Assembly (NCBI GenBank): GCA_964564435.1
Contig: CAZMAT010000004.1
Coordinates: 8,928-72,927 of the forward strand
DNA from: an uncultured bacterium
Lineage (GTDB): Bacteria; Fermentibacterota; Fermentibacteria; Fermentibacterales; Fermentibacteraceae
DNA length: 64,000 nucleotides
Direction: 5' to 3'
The notes below the pieces were generated by a model that did not search any database, was not told the DNA's origin, and saw nothing but the letters and a program-made list of their open reading frames with translations. Positions 25,324-34,379 of this stretch are shown here, in pieces. The translations under genes and the position numbers were made by a program. Numbering within the stretch: the stretch's first letter is position 1; each line of letters starts with the position of its first letter.

Positions 25324-27330
25324 ATGATCAGGACTTCCGACCTCTACTCGTTCATCGAGAGCAACTACGAGTTCCTCATGGCGGTCGACTCGAGCGAGAC
25401 CGTTGTGCATTCGAGCCGCCTCCTCCTCCGCGCCTGCGGACCCGGCGAGCTGTCCCACGAGGGGCGGAGGCTCGAACAGATCCTCTCCGCGGCTTCGCTC
25501 AGGAGCATGCGTTCGGGGATGGCCCTGGCTAAGGAGGGGCAGAGGAGGCTCGCGGTCTTCTCGCCCGTCGAGTTCCCCTCGTGCGAGATCCCGCTCAAGA
25601 CCGGCTATGTCGGAAGCTCCGAGGGTGACGGCGTCTGGGTCTTCTTCGGCTCCCAGCTCGACGGGATCAACAGGCAGACGGACTTCGACCGCGAGGAGAG
25701 GATCAAGGAGCTCGCCTGCCTGTATGCAGTGGCCGAATGGATCGAGATCTCCAGCGATGTCCCGGAGTTCTTCACGAAACTGCCCGACTACCTCGGCAAG
25801 GGGATGCTCTATCCCGGGCAGGTGATGGTCTTTTCATCATATCAGGGCCGCGAGTACGGACAGATGCCCCCGGGCGAGGGCTACATCTCCACCAAGCTGC
25901 TGTCGAACCAGCAGATAGCGGGCGAGATAAGGGTGGGGTACGCCAATCCGGCGCTGGAGCTCCTCCCCGAGGAACAGAGGATGCTGAGCGAGATAGGAAG
26001 GATGCTCAACCTCGCCCTGGAGCGCAAGGAGCTGCGCGACAGGATGATCCTCAGGCAGGAGGAGGAGGCGGCCTTCACCCGCCGGTTCGCCGAGATGCAG
26101 TCCGAGATCGAGGCGCGCACCGGTGAGCTCGAGCTGCAGAAGACCAGGCTGGACATGGTGAACATGTACCTGGAGAACGTCGACAGGGGGTGGAACGAGT
26201 CATCGGCGCAGCTCGCCTCGATGTTCCAGGCCATCCCGGACGACGTTGCCGTCGTTGATCTGGACAGGAACATCGTGATGACGAACCGGGAGGGCACCTC
26301 CAGCGGGAAGTGCCATGCCCAGTTCTTCGGCAGCGACACGCCGTGCACCGACTGCCGCCTTTCGAGGATCAGGAGGGACAAGACCCCGATCGTCCACACC
26401 ATCAGGTCGGGCAGCCGCTTCCTCGAAGTCCACGCCATCCCCGTTTTCGACCGTGACCGGGAGGTCGAGGGCATCATCGAGTTCTACAGGGACGTCACCC
26501 TCGAGAAGACCTACGAGCAGCAGATCCAGCAGGCGGACAAGCTGGCCTCGCTGGGTCAGCTCGTGAGCGGTATCGGCCACGAGATCAACAATCCGAACCA
26601 GTTCATACGCGGCAACATAAAGATCATCCGTCAGGCGCTCGAGGACATCCTCCCGATAGTGGACGACTACGCGGCGGCCCATCCGGACCTGAAGGTGGCG
26701 AAGCTCAGGTACGACTTCTTCAGGAGCAACATCCTCACGCTTGTGGACGACATGGCGCACGGCTCCGAGAGGATAAGGGGCATAGTCGAGGGCCTCCGGA
26801 ACTTCGCCCGGAAGGACGAGGGGCTCCTGGTGGACAGGGTCGACGTCAACACCCTGATCCAGGCCGCATCCCGGCTGGTGGCCAACGAGATCCACAAGCA
26901 TGCCGACATCGTGATGGACCTGGACCCCGGAATCCCCACCTTCGAAGGGAATGCCCAGAAGATCGAGCAGGTCATTGTGAACCTTCTGGTCAACGCAGCC
27001 CAGGCGATGCCCGACGACAGGCGGGGAACCGTCTCGGTGAGGACGGGAGCATCCGACGACGCCGTGGTCATCGAGGTGAAGGACGACGGCAGGGGCATGA
27101 ACGAGAAGACGCTCAGGCAGATCTTCGATCCCTTCTTCACCACCAAGAGGGCGAAGGGCGGGACGGGACTGGGGCTGCCCATAGCGTACAGGATCGTCGA
27201 GGAGCACGGGGGAACCATCTCCGTGAACTCCACGCCCGGAGTGGGCACGGTCTTCACCGTCTCCATCCCGGCGGGTCCGGCGGCGCCCGGAGCGGCAGTC
27301 CGCGCCGAGACCCGCACCCCGGAGGCATGA
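25324..27330 (+). CDS. cytoplasmic sensor histidine kinase (PAS/GAF-like sensory region, HisKA + HATPase_c)
   Basis: An SD (GGAGGGTGGG) precedes ATG 25324. It has the H-box GHEINNP and the N, G1 and G2 boxes (NLLVNAAQA, DDGRGM, GGTGLGL). There are no TM segments. Confidence 0.85.
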   Translation: MIRTSDLYSFIESNYEFLMAVDSSETVVHSSRLLLRACGPGELSHEGRRLEQILSAASLRSMRSGMALAKEGQRRLAVFSPVEFPSCEIPLKTGYVGSSEGDGVWVFFGSQLDGINRQTDFDREERIKELACLYAVAEWIEISSDVPEFFTKLPDYLGKGMLYPGQVMVFSSYQGREYGQMPPGEGYISTKLLSNQQIAGEIRVGYANPALELLPEEQRMLSEIGRMLNLALERKELRDRMILRQEEEAAFTRRFAEMQSEIEARTGELELQKTRLDMVNMYLENVDRGWNESSAQLASMFQAIPDDVAVVDLDRNIVMTNREGTSSGKCHAQFFGSDTPCTDCRLSRIRRDKTPIVHTIRSGSRFLEVHAIPVFDRDREVEGIIEFYRDVTLEKTYEQQIQQADKLASLGQLVSGIGHEINNPNQFIRGNIKIIRQALEDILPIVDDYAAAHPDLKVAKLRYDFFRSNILTLVDDMAHGSERIRGIVEGLRNFARKDEGLLVDRVDVNTLIQAASRLVANEIHKHADIVMDLDPGIPTFEGNAQKIEQVIVNLLVNAAQAMPDDRRGTVSVRTGASDDAVVIEVKDDGRGMNEKTLRQIFDPFFTTKRAKGGTGLGLPIAYRIVEEHGGTISVNSTPGVGTVFTVSIPAGPAAPGAAVRAETRTPEA

Positions 27331-28718
27331 TGGGCGATCCTGCGAGGATTCTGATAGTCGACGACGACGCGGCGGTGACCAACTTCCTCACCGTGTTCCT
27401 CATGCAGACGGAGAGATACGAGCCCGTCGTGACCAACGACTCGAGGAGGGTCCCGGCCCTCCTGGAATCGGAGAGGCCCGATCTGGTCCTGCTCGACATG
27501 GACATGCCCGGGCTGAGCGGGATCGACATCCTGAGGCACATCCACGACAGGGAGGTCGGAGTGCCGGTGATCGTCCTCACCGGTGTCAGCGACATCGACC
27601 TCGCCGTGAAGGCCATGAAGCTCGGCGCGTTCGACTATCTCACGAAACCCGCCGACGACGGGATGCTCCTCGACACCATGGACAGGGCGCTGGAGCACGG
27701 CGCCCTGAGCAGGTCCCTGGAACGGCTGCCGGATGATACCAGCCGCGAGGAGCTGTCGGATCCCGAGGCCTTCGAGCCGCTGATCTCGAACCAGCCTTCG
27801 CTCCGGAATCTCTTCCTCAGAGCCGGGATGATCGCCGCGGGCGACTCGCCCGTCCTTATCCACGGCGAGCACGGGACGGGCAAGGAGGCGCTGGCCAGGG
27901 CGATCCACAGGGCCAGCAGGCGGAGGGAGGGCCCTTTCACCTCCTTCGATGCTGCTGCAGTCCCTTCGGAAGCGCTGCCCGGAGAGCTCTTCGGGATGGT
28001 GAGGGACTTCAGCGGCAGCCAGGATGACAGACCCGGCTTCCTCGAAGCCGCCTCCGGGGGCACACTCTTCCTCGACAGCATCGAGCTCCTGTCCCCCCAG
28101 GTGCAGACCCGCCTGCGCAGGGTCATGCAGAACGGCGAGTTCTACAGGGAGAGATCGGCTGAGATCAGGGGGATCGACCTGAGGCTGGTCGTCTCCACCG
28201 CGGTCGATCTCGACTCGGACGAGTACAGGGAATCCTTCTCGCGGGACCTGCTGTACCATCTCATGGTCAACTCCCTTGCGATCCCACCACTGAGGGAGCA
28301 TCCCTCCGACATCCCGCTGCTGGCGGTCCACTTCGCGAGGCAGGCGGCGGAGAAGGCGGGGAGGGCTCCGGTGAACCTTTCGGCCCCTCTGCTGGCTGCG
28401 CTCTCCCAGTACGACTTCCCCGGCAACGTCGAGGAGCTGGAGTCCATCGTCGGGCACTGCATCCTGAACACGCGGCCCGGCGTCGAACCCGGGCCTGAGA
28501 GCCTCCCGCCGTTCACACTGGTGAGGATGATGGGGGCGGGTGCGCGAACGTCGTTCGTCCCCTCGAGGCTCGATGAAGTCATATCGCAGTACGTGGCCCG
28601 GACGCTCGCGCATTTCGGCGGCGACGCGGAGCGGGCGTCGGCTGCACTCGGACTCACGGTCGAGGAACTCGGCAGACTGCTCGCGAACGGCGGGGGGGAG
28701 CCGGTCACTCCCCCCTGA
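27327..28718 (+). CDS. NtrC-family response regulator (receiver + AAA+ sigma54-interaction-like domain + C-terminal HTH) with degenerate GAFTGA loop
   Basis: ATGA overlaps the kinase gene. Walker A (GEHGTGKE) and Walker B (GTLFLD) are present. The ELFGHEKGAFTGA position reads ELFGMVRDFSGS. Confidence 0.85.
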   Translation: MMGDPARILIVDDDAAVTNFLTVFLMQTERYEPVVTNDSRRVPALLESERPDLVLLDMDMPGLSGIDILRHIHDREVGVPVIVLTGVSDIDLAVKAMKLGAFDYLTKPADDGMLLDTMDRALEHGALSRSLERLPDDTSREELSDPEAFEPLISNQPSLRNLFLRAGMIAAGDSPVLIHGEHGTGKEALARAIHRASRRREGPFTSFDAAAVPSEALPGELFGMVRDFSGSQDDRPGFLEAASGGTLFLDSIELLSPQVQTRLRRVMQNGEFYRERSAEIRGIDLRLVVSTAVDLDSDEYRESFSRDLLYHLMVNSLAIPPLREHPSDIPLLAVHFARQAAEKAGRAPVNLSAPLLAALSQYDFPGNVEELESIVGHCILNTRPGVEPGPESLPPFTLVRMMGAGARTSFVPSRLDEVISQYVARTLAHFGGDAERASAALGLTVEELGRLLANGGGEPVTPP

Positions 28719-28907
28719 AGGCGATCTCCGTGACGCACACGGATCATCTGCCCGCAATGCGAACGTGGAGCCTGTCGGGCGCCGGAGCTTCACTCCCCCC
28801 TGAAGGCGATCTCCGTGACGCACACGGATCATCTGCCCGCAATGCGAACGTGGAGCCTGTCGGGCGCCGGAGCTTCACTCCCCCCTGAAGGCGATCTCCG
28901 TGACGCA
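28707..28907. repeat. 85-bp direct tandem repeat, about 2.4 copies (two identical full copies plus a 31-nt partial)
   Basis: The unit actcccccctgaaggcgatctccgtgacgcacacggatcatctgcccgcaatgcgaacgtggagcctgtcgggcgccggagcttc occurs at 28707 and 28792, and partially at 28877. The first copy contains the stop of the 27327 gene. The last partial copy encodes the C-terminus of the convergent 28875 gene. Confidence 0.8.
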
Positions 28908-29810
28908 GAGGATGAACCTGTCGTACTCGACCGTATAGCCTTCATCCGTTTCGAGTTCGAGCCTGCTTATGCCCTCGAGGATCGTTTCCGGCACTGGATA
29001 GACCACCAGGGCCCTTCCCGATTCCGGTGAAGGCAGGCCGTCCGCGGTGAGCGTCCTCCGCCACGTGCCCCAGAGGGCGTCCACCTCCTCGATGTCGACG
29101 ATGTCGCGCGACCACTCGTAGAGGATCGGCAGGAGATCACCGCTCGCCAGGGCTGAGTTTCTCATGAGTTCGACGGGATTCTCGAGCACCGAGGCATGCA
29201 GAGGCATCACCGTCACCCCGGCGCAGGACGGGATGATCAGGGCCACGGGCATGTCCTCGAAGCCCTCGGCTATGTCGACGCCGACCTCCTCCGGCTGCAG
29301 GGGCAGCAGGCCGGGGTCGACGGTGCACTCGTAGTACAGGAACTTGTCGACGTATCCCTCGCCCGTCACCAGGGTCATGCTCTGCGGCACCCTCCACCCG
29401 GTCGCATCCCATCCGTCGATGACGGAGGGATGGACCCTGCCCGAGAGCACGTCGACCGGTGCGTAGTCCCTCTCCGCCCAGTCTGCCGAGATCCGCCAGG
29501 TTGCAGGGCCGGTGGAGGGAACCGGCCAGGTCGTGGTGATCCCGCCGGATACGGCCTCCACGGTGAAGCGGCCCGTGAAGGGAGGGCCGTAGAAGTACAC
29601 GACCGGCGCCCTGTCGACAAGCACGTCACCGGGCATCTGGAGAGTCGACGGGTCGGCCTCTCCCGCGGGATGCACGGCCATGACCCCGCCGGAGTCTCCG
29701 GTGATGATCACGCCCCATTCGTGGACTTCGACCACCGGCATCTCGCGGCCCTCTGCCGCGGGCTGCGCGGTCAGCAGTGCTGCTGCCATTGAAAAGAGGA
29801 TGTGGATCAC
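28875..29810 (-). CDS. secreted hypothetical protein (311 aa)
   Basis: A GTG start follows GGAGG. It has a signal peptide (MIHILFSMAAALLTAQPAA). I recognise no family. Confidence 0.55.
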   Translation of the reverse strand: MIHILFSMAAALLTAQPAAEGREMPVVEVHEWGVIITGDSGGVMAVHPAGEADPSTLQMPGDVLVDRAPVVYFYGPPFTGRFTVEAVSGGITTTWPVPSTGPATWRISADWAERDYAPVDVLSGRVHPSVIDGWDATGWRVPQSMTLVTGEGYVDKFLYYECTVDPGLLPLQPEEVGVDIAEGFEDMPVALIIPSCAGVTVMPLHASVLENPVELMRNSALASGDLLPILYEWSRDIVDIEEVDALWGTWRRTLTADGLPSPESGRALVVYPVPETILEGISRLELETDEGYTVEYDRFILCVTEIAFRGE

Positions 29811-29856
29811 TGGCTACCTCCATGTTCGTCATACGTTCTACAGAGTGCCGCGGTCA

Positions 29857-30642
29857 TTATTCCGTGCCGGGCGGATCGAATACTGCTACCACTGGTGCAT
29901 GGTCGGAAGGTTTCTCCCATCCCCTCGGCTCCATGTCTATCCCGCACGAGACGGCGGCGCCGGCGAGGTCCGGCGAGGCCAGGAGGTGATCCAGCCGCAT
30001 TCCGGCATTCCGCCTGAAGGATCCCTCCCTGTAGTCCCACCAGCTGAACGCCCTGCCCGCAGGGTTGAACGCCCTGAAGAGGTCTGTCAGTCCGGCGTCG
30101 AGTATGCCCCCGAACCGTACCCTCTCTTCCGGATGGAAGCAGATGTGCCCGTCCAGGGCTACAGGGTCGTAGACGTCCTCCACTCCGGGCGCCACGTTGA
30201 AGTCGCCTGCCATCAGGAAGGGGCCTCTGCCGGCCTCCTCCGAGGCCTCGATGGCGAGCTCGTCGAGGAAGGCGAGCTTTTCGGCGAACCTCGCGAGCGA
30301 AGGATCACCTCCGTTGGGCACATAGACGGACATCACGGTGATCCCCGCGGTCCTGGCGAGCAGTACGCGCTTCTGGTCGTCGAGGAGCCGTGACGCGAGC
30401 CCTGTCCGGACCACTTCGAGCCCCTGCCGGGATGCCACCGCCACTCCGTTGAGGGTCTTCTGCCCCGAGAAGGCCACCTTGTAGCCGCGCTCGGCGAAGG
30501 GCTCCACGGGGAACAGTGCGTCGACCACCTTGGTCTCCTGTATGAGGAGGACGTCGGGGTGCCTGGAGTCGATCCAGGAGAGCACCTGTTCCATCCTGGC
30601 CCTAATGGAGTTGACGTTCCAGGTCGCCACCGTCAGTCCCAT
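29857..30642 (-). CDS. xth: exodeoxyribonuclease III
   Basis: 261 aa from ATG 30642 (RBS GGAAGGAGA). Motifs are MGLTVATWNVNS, LLIQETK, DFNVAP and a C-terminal SDHAPV. The rest of the 801-aa ORF upstream is junk. Confidence 0.9.
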   Translation of the reverse strand: MGLTVATWNVNSIRARMEQVLSWIDSRHPDVLLIQETKVVDALFPVEPFAERGYKVAFSGQKTLNGVAVASRQGLEVVRTGLASRLLDDQKRVLLARTAGITVMSVYVPNGGDPSLARFAEKLAFLDELAIEASEEAGRGPFLMAGDFNVAPGVEDVYDPVALDGHICFHPEERVRFGGILDAGLTDLFRAFNPAGRAFSWWDYREGSFRRNAGMRLDHLLASPDLAGAAVSCGIDMEPRGWEKPSDHAPVVAVFDPPGTE

Positions 30643-30738
30643 CCCGTCTCCTTCCGCTCCGCCGACTATAACCATCGTGGATTCCCCCGCCCGGTGCCCG
30701 GGCTGCCCTGCCTCCCCCACCGCCTGTATGTTCCGCCC

Positions 30739-32376
30739 ATGCCTGAGATGTCCATGAGAAACGAAGTCCTGGCTGCGGCTGCGATTCTGGCCCTCGCCGC
30801 CCTGGTGCGCACCGGCGTCGCGGCGAGGAACCCCATGCCCGCCGGGGATGGCGTGGCCTCCGAGCTCGAGATGGCCAGGAACCTGCTCGACGGAAGAGGA
30901 TGGTCCACTCAGAGGAAATGGACCCTCTACGATCCCTCGACTGCCTCGCTGAGGCCGGAGGGGAACAGGCAGCCGGCCATGTCGACCCTGCTGGCGCTGG
31001 CCTTCCTGGTGGCGGGGATCTCCTTCCGCACCGCCCAGGCCGTCTCCCTGCTCCTGGGGATCGGGGCACTGCTCGCGGCCTGGTGGTGGGCCAGAAGGAC
31101 GTTCGGCCGCGCCGTGGCGCTCGCTTCGCTGGTGTGGCTCTCGCTCGATCCGGCCATGGTCTGGTTCTCCACCCAGCCCGACAGCCTCCTCCTCTTCACG
31201 GCGCTGTTCTTCGTGATACTGGCCAGCTTCCCGGGCTCCGAGCCCACGATCAGGATCTCCATCCTGGCAGGCCTCCTGTCGGGTGTCTCCTACCTCGCGA
31301 GGACGCAGGGGCTCGTGCTGGGCATGTCTCTCGGCCTGTGGGTGCTGCTGCGGGGAGGCAGGGGCAGGCTGGTCAGGGCGTCGGTCTTCGCATGCGCCTT
31401 CCTGGCCGTGGCACTGCCGTGGTTCCTCCGCAACGCGGATGCTTTCGGATCGCCCCTCTACTCGCAGAACGGCCAGTTCCTCCTCAACGAGAACCACTGG
31501 GCGGCCTGGGAGGTGCGCGACACTGCGCCGGGGCCCACGGACCTGCTCAGGCACGGCGGCGCTCCTGCGGTGGCCCGGGCCCTGGCCGCAGGGTTGTTCA
31601 GGGTGATCGAGCCCCTGACGATCGGCACCCTGCACAGGGGAGAGGTGTTCGGCTGGCCTCCGCTGATCCTCTTCACTGCATGCGCCCTGTTCGCGCTGAG
31701 GAGCCGTGCGGTCAGGCGGCGGATGATCCTCCCGGCATTCGCCTCCATACCCATGGCAGCGAGCCTCGTGCTGCACGAGCACGCCTCCAGGTACCTGCTG
31801 TTCATGACGACGGCCGTGATCTGCCTGGGGATCGCCGGTGCCATGGAGATGACCGGAACCCCCGGACCCGGCCGCCGGTGGCGGACCGCCCTGGCGGCCC
31901 TGGCCGTACTGCTGCTGGTCCGCCCTGCGGCTGCCCTCCTGGGGAGCGACACGCGCGCCCGCGCAGCCGAGGCGGCGGAGATGTCCCGGTGGATCTCTGA
32001 GAACACGGAGCCGGACGACTGGGTCGTCACCTTCCCCGGCGTCGAGCTGATGATCTGGGACTACAGGAGACCGACGCTCACGATGCCCAACGACTACGAG
32101 ATGCTGCTCTGGCCCTGCCTCGAGGAGCACGGGGTCCGGTACGTGGTGGTCGATCCCGACATGCCGGCGATGCGCCCGCGCCTTTCGTCGAGATGGAGGA
32201 TGGCCCCGGACGGATCGGGCTGGGAGGTCGTCGATCCGCCTCCGTTCCTGACGGAGGTCCACCGGAGCCGGTCGGGGCGGATTCTGGTCTACGAGTGGAC
32301 CGGGAGCGTGCCCGAGCGTTTCATGTACGAGGAGAACCTGCCGAGGGACAACTGCAGGGCGCTGCCGCCGGGATAG
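30739..32376 (+). CDS. second GT-C fold membrane glycosyltransferase (PMT/ArnT-like)
   Basis: It has about 11 TM helices. An early periplasmic loop has acidic/aromatic residues. The start is uncertain, since ATGs lie at 30739, 30748 and 30754. Confidence 0.6.
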   Translation: MPEMSMRNEVLAAAAILALAALVRTGVAARNPMPAGDGVASELEMARNLLDGRGWSTQRKWTLYDPSTASLRPEGNRQPAMSTLLALAFLVAGISFRTAQAVSLLLGIGALLAAWWWARRTFGRAVALASLVWLSLDPAMVWFSTQPDSLLLFTALFFVILASFPGSEPTIRISILAGLLSGVSYLARTQGLVLGMSLGLWVLLRGGRGRLVRASVFACAFLAVALPWFLRNADAFGSPLYSQNGQFLLNENHWAAWEVRDTAPGPTDLLRHGGAPAVARALAAGLFRVIEPLTIGTLHRGEVFGWPPLILFTACALFALRSRAVRRRMILPAFASIPMAASLVLHEHASRYLLFMTTAVICLGIAGAMEMTGTPGPGRRWRTALAALAVLLLVRPAAALLGSDTRARAAEAAEMSRWISENTEPDDWVVTFPGVELMIWDYRRPTLTMPNDYEMLLWPCLEEHGVRYVVVDPDMPAMRPRLSSRWRMAPDGSGWEVVDPPPFLTEVHRSRSGRILVYEWTGSVPERFMYEENLPRDNCRALPPG

Positions 32377-32382
32377 ACGGGC

Positions 32383-34287
32383 TCAGCCCAGCACGCGCCT
32401 GGCCTGCCTGTAGAGCTGTTCCCGCTGGGCCGCGATGATCTGCATCACGTCGGCCCTCGTCATGCCGGCGGCCTCTCCGAAGCCGGCCAGCATCTCCACC
32501 TCTCCGTCCGTCATCCTGCCGTCGGCCAGCACCATCCTGGCCATGGCCCCCGCGAGCTCCACCGACTCCTCCCGGGTCGAGGGCGCAGGCATGGTCTGAC
32601 CGCCTGCACGGACCGACGCGATGATCTCGGTCACGGCTGACTGCGCTATGCCGCGGTCGCGGGCGAAGTCGCCCAGGAGCTTCTCCTCGGCGGGGTCGAT
32701 CACCCCGTCCGCGAACATGACGCCCGCCATCGCGCCCATCAGAAGGTCGGGCGGGACGAGGGAGGCCCTGGAGAAGGCTTCCACGGCGGAAGGCCTCATG
32801 GCGGAGGCCTCGAACCTGCCGGTCGAAGCGAGGACCCAGTCCTGAGAGCCGTCGTTGAGCACCCTGCCGCAGTATTCGCAGTTGCCCGACTCGCCGCCCT
32901 CGTAGGGGGCCCCGCATGCCTGGCAGTGCGAGGACAGGAACGACTTCCCGCCCTGCGTGGCCACGCCGTGGTTCCTGACGAGGTGGTAGACGACCGGCCT
33001 CACCGTCCTGTCGCCGGCGTTCCTGATCCTGCCGTCGGAGTTCCTCCTCGCGTTGCGCGCGGACCAGCGTATGAGGACCTCGATATGATCCTGCCCGCCA
33101 TCGGACCCGGCGGGTTCGACCCGCTGCACCTCGACAGCCCCCACGGCCGCGTCCTTGAAGAAGAGCCACCAGCCGTCCTCCGTCGAGAGGCGCATGCTCT
33201 CGGAGAAGGACTGGCGGAAGGACTGCAGGGACACCTTGGAGAGCGGCCCGGGATCGCCCTCGAAGTGGGCCCTCATGATCCTCCAGAAGATCACCGAAGC
33301 CCTGTCCTCGATGTGCTGGAGGTTGAAGGCGGGGTCCTTCGCGAGCATCAGGGAGTATCCCGGGATGACCGAGGGGTCGGAGGCCGTGCCCCACTCGGCG
33401 GACTGCGTGATCTCGGCCAGGACCCAGTCGTATTCGCCGCTGGTGACGACCGAATCGCAGTTCTCGCAGGTGCCGGCGTCGCTCAGCGAGAGAGGCGCCC
33501 CGCAGTTGGGGCAGAAGCCCTCGAGCAGCCCGCCCGAGGCCAGAGTGACCGCACCGGGCTTCCTCAGGAAGCTCCAGTATTCGGTGAACTGGTCGGAGCC
33601 GTTCTCGCGGAGGACCTTCCCGGTCGATGCGTCGAGGTCCCTGTCCCTCCCGCGCGCCGTGATCTCTACATGGATGCAGTCAAAGACTGCGTCCGAATCG
33701 ATCGCGACCATCCGCGAACCCACTATCGCGGCATTCTCGAGGACGTTGCGCACGCCCTCCTCGCGCAGCATTGCGGCCTGCATCGAGAACCGCTCCCTGA
33801 CGCCGTCCGAGAGGAACCTGACCACTCCTGTGAAGTCCTGTGCCGACCAGGCCGCCTGTACTTCGAGGAAGCCCTTCCCGGTCCTCCTCAGGAAGGCGTC
33901 GGGATCGAAGGCCGGATCGCGCCTGCGAAGGGCTTCGAGCCGCTGCGACAGATCCTCCTGGCGGCGCACCGCGGCTACCCTGCCGGCCCTTTCGATGGTG
34001 CGGTACTGGTTGCCTGTGCGCGCGGCCCGGCCCATCCTCGAGACGGCTATGACCCCGACCACCAGCAGGGGCACGCCTATCAGGGGCTGTCTGAAGGCAA
34101 GCTGGACGAGCCAGAAAACGAGGTAGCCGAGGCCGTCGCCTCCTCCTCCTCCTCCTCCTCCTCCTCCTCCTCCATCGCCTCCGAAGCTCTGGCCACCCCC
34201 CGCCCTTGCGTGGGCAGGTGACGGCAGCGCGAAGAGAAGAACCAGCATTGCTGCGAGCAGGACGATCCGGGCGGTGTGCGACTTCAT
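32383..34287 (-). CDS. membrane-anchored protein with two Tim44-like domains, each followed by a CxxC...CxxC zinc ribbon, plus two C-terminal TerB-like domains; N-terminal poly-Gly tract
   Basis: A signal/TM helix is followed by G14. The repeated segments read DFTGVVRFLSD...FCPNCGA...CENCD...DWVL and HCQACGA...CEYCG...DWVL. The C-terminal pairs are LLMGAMAGVMFADGVIDPAEE and LAGAMARMVLADGRMTDGE. Confidence 0.65.
   Translation of the reverse strand: MKSHTARIVLLAAMLVLLFALPSPAHARAGGGQSFGGDGGGGGGGGGGGGDGLGYLVFWLVQLAFRQPLIGVPLLVVGVIAVSRMGRAARTGNQYRTIERAGRVAAVRRQEDLSQRLEALRRRDPAFDPDAFLRRTGKGFLEVQAAWSAQDFTGVVRFLSDGVRERFSMQAAMLREEGVRNVLENAAIVGSRMVAIDSDAVFDCIHVEITARGRDRDLDASTGKVLRENGSDQFTEYWSFLRKPGAVTLASGGLLEGFCPNCGAPLSLSDAGTCENCDSVVTSGEYDWVLAEITQSAEWGTASDPSVIPGYSLMLAKDPAFNLQHIEDRASVIFWRIMRAHFEGDPGPLSKVSLQSFRQSFSESMRLSTEDGWWLFFKDAAVGAVEVQRVEPAGSDGGQDHIEVLIRWSARNARRNSDGRIRNAGDRTVRPVVYHLVRNHGVATQGGKSFLSSHCQACGAPYEGGESGNCEYCGRVLNDGSQDWVLASTGRFEASAMRPSAVEAFSRASLVPPDLLMGAMAGVMFADGVIDPAEEKLLGDFARDRGIAQSAVTEIIASVRAGGQTMPAPSTREESVELAGAMARMVLADGRMTDGEVEMLAGFGEAAGMTRADVMQIIAAQREQLYRQARRVLG
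34141..34173. repeat. (TCC)11 / (GGA)11 trinucleotide microsatellite encoding the poly-Gly tract of the Tim44-like protein
   Basis: Perfect triplet repeat. It is a potential slipped-strand length-variable site that stays in frame. Confidence 0.8.
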
Positions 34288-34379
34288 GGGTGCTCCCTCC
34301 GGAGCGTGAAGCTAGCGGAGGGGCGGCGTGCTGTCCATATCCACTAGTCTGCCTTCCCCTCCCTGCTATAATCACGCCT

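Noticed and set aside
26667-28832. 721-aa and 201-aa minus-strand ORFs both beginning MIRVRHGDRLQGGV
   Set aside because: Their identical N-termini come from the 85-bp tandem repeat. They are antisense to the kinase and regulator genes.
28707-28907. Tandem repeats considered as a possible CRISPR array
   Set aside because: Only about 2 copies, units directly abutting with no spacers, 85-bp period, and no cas genes in the window.
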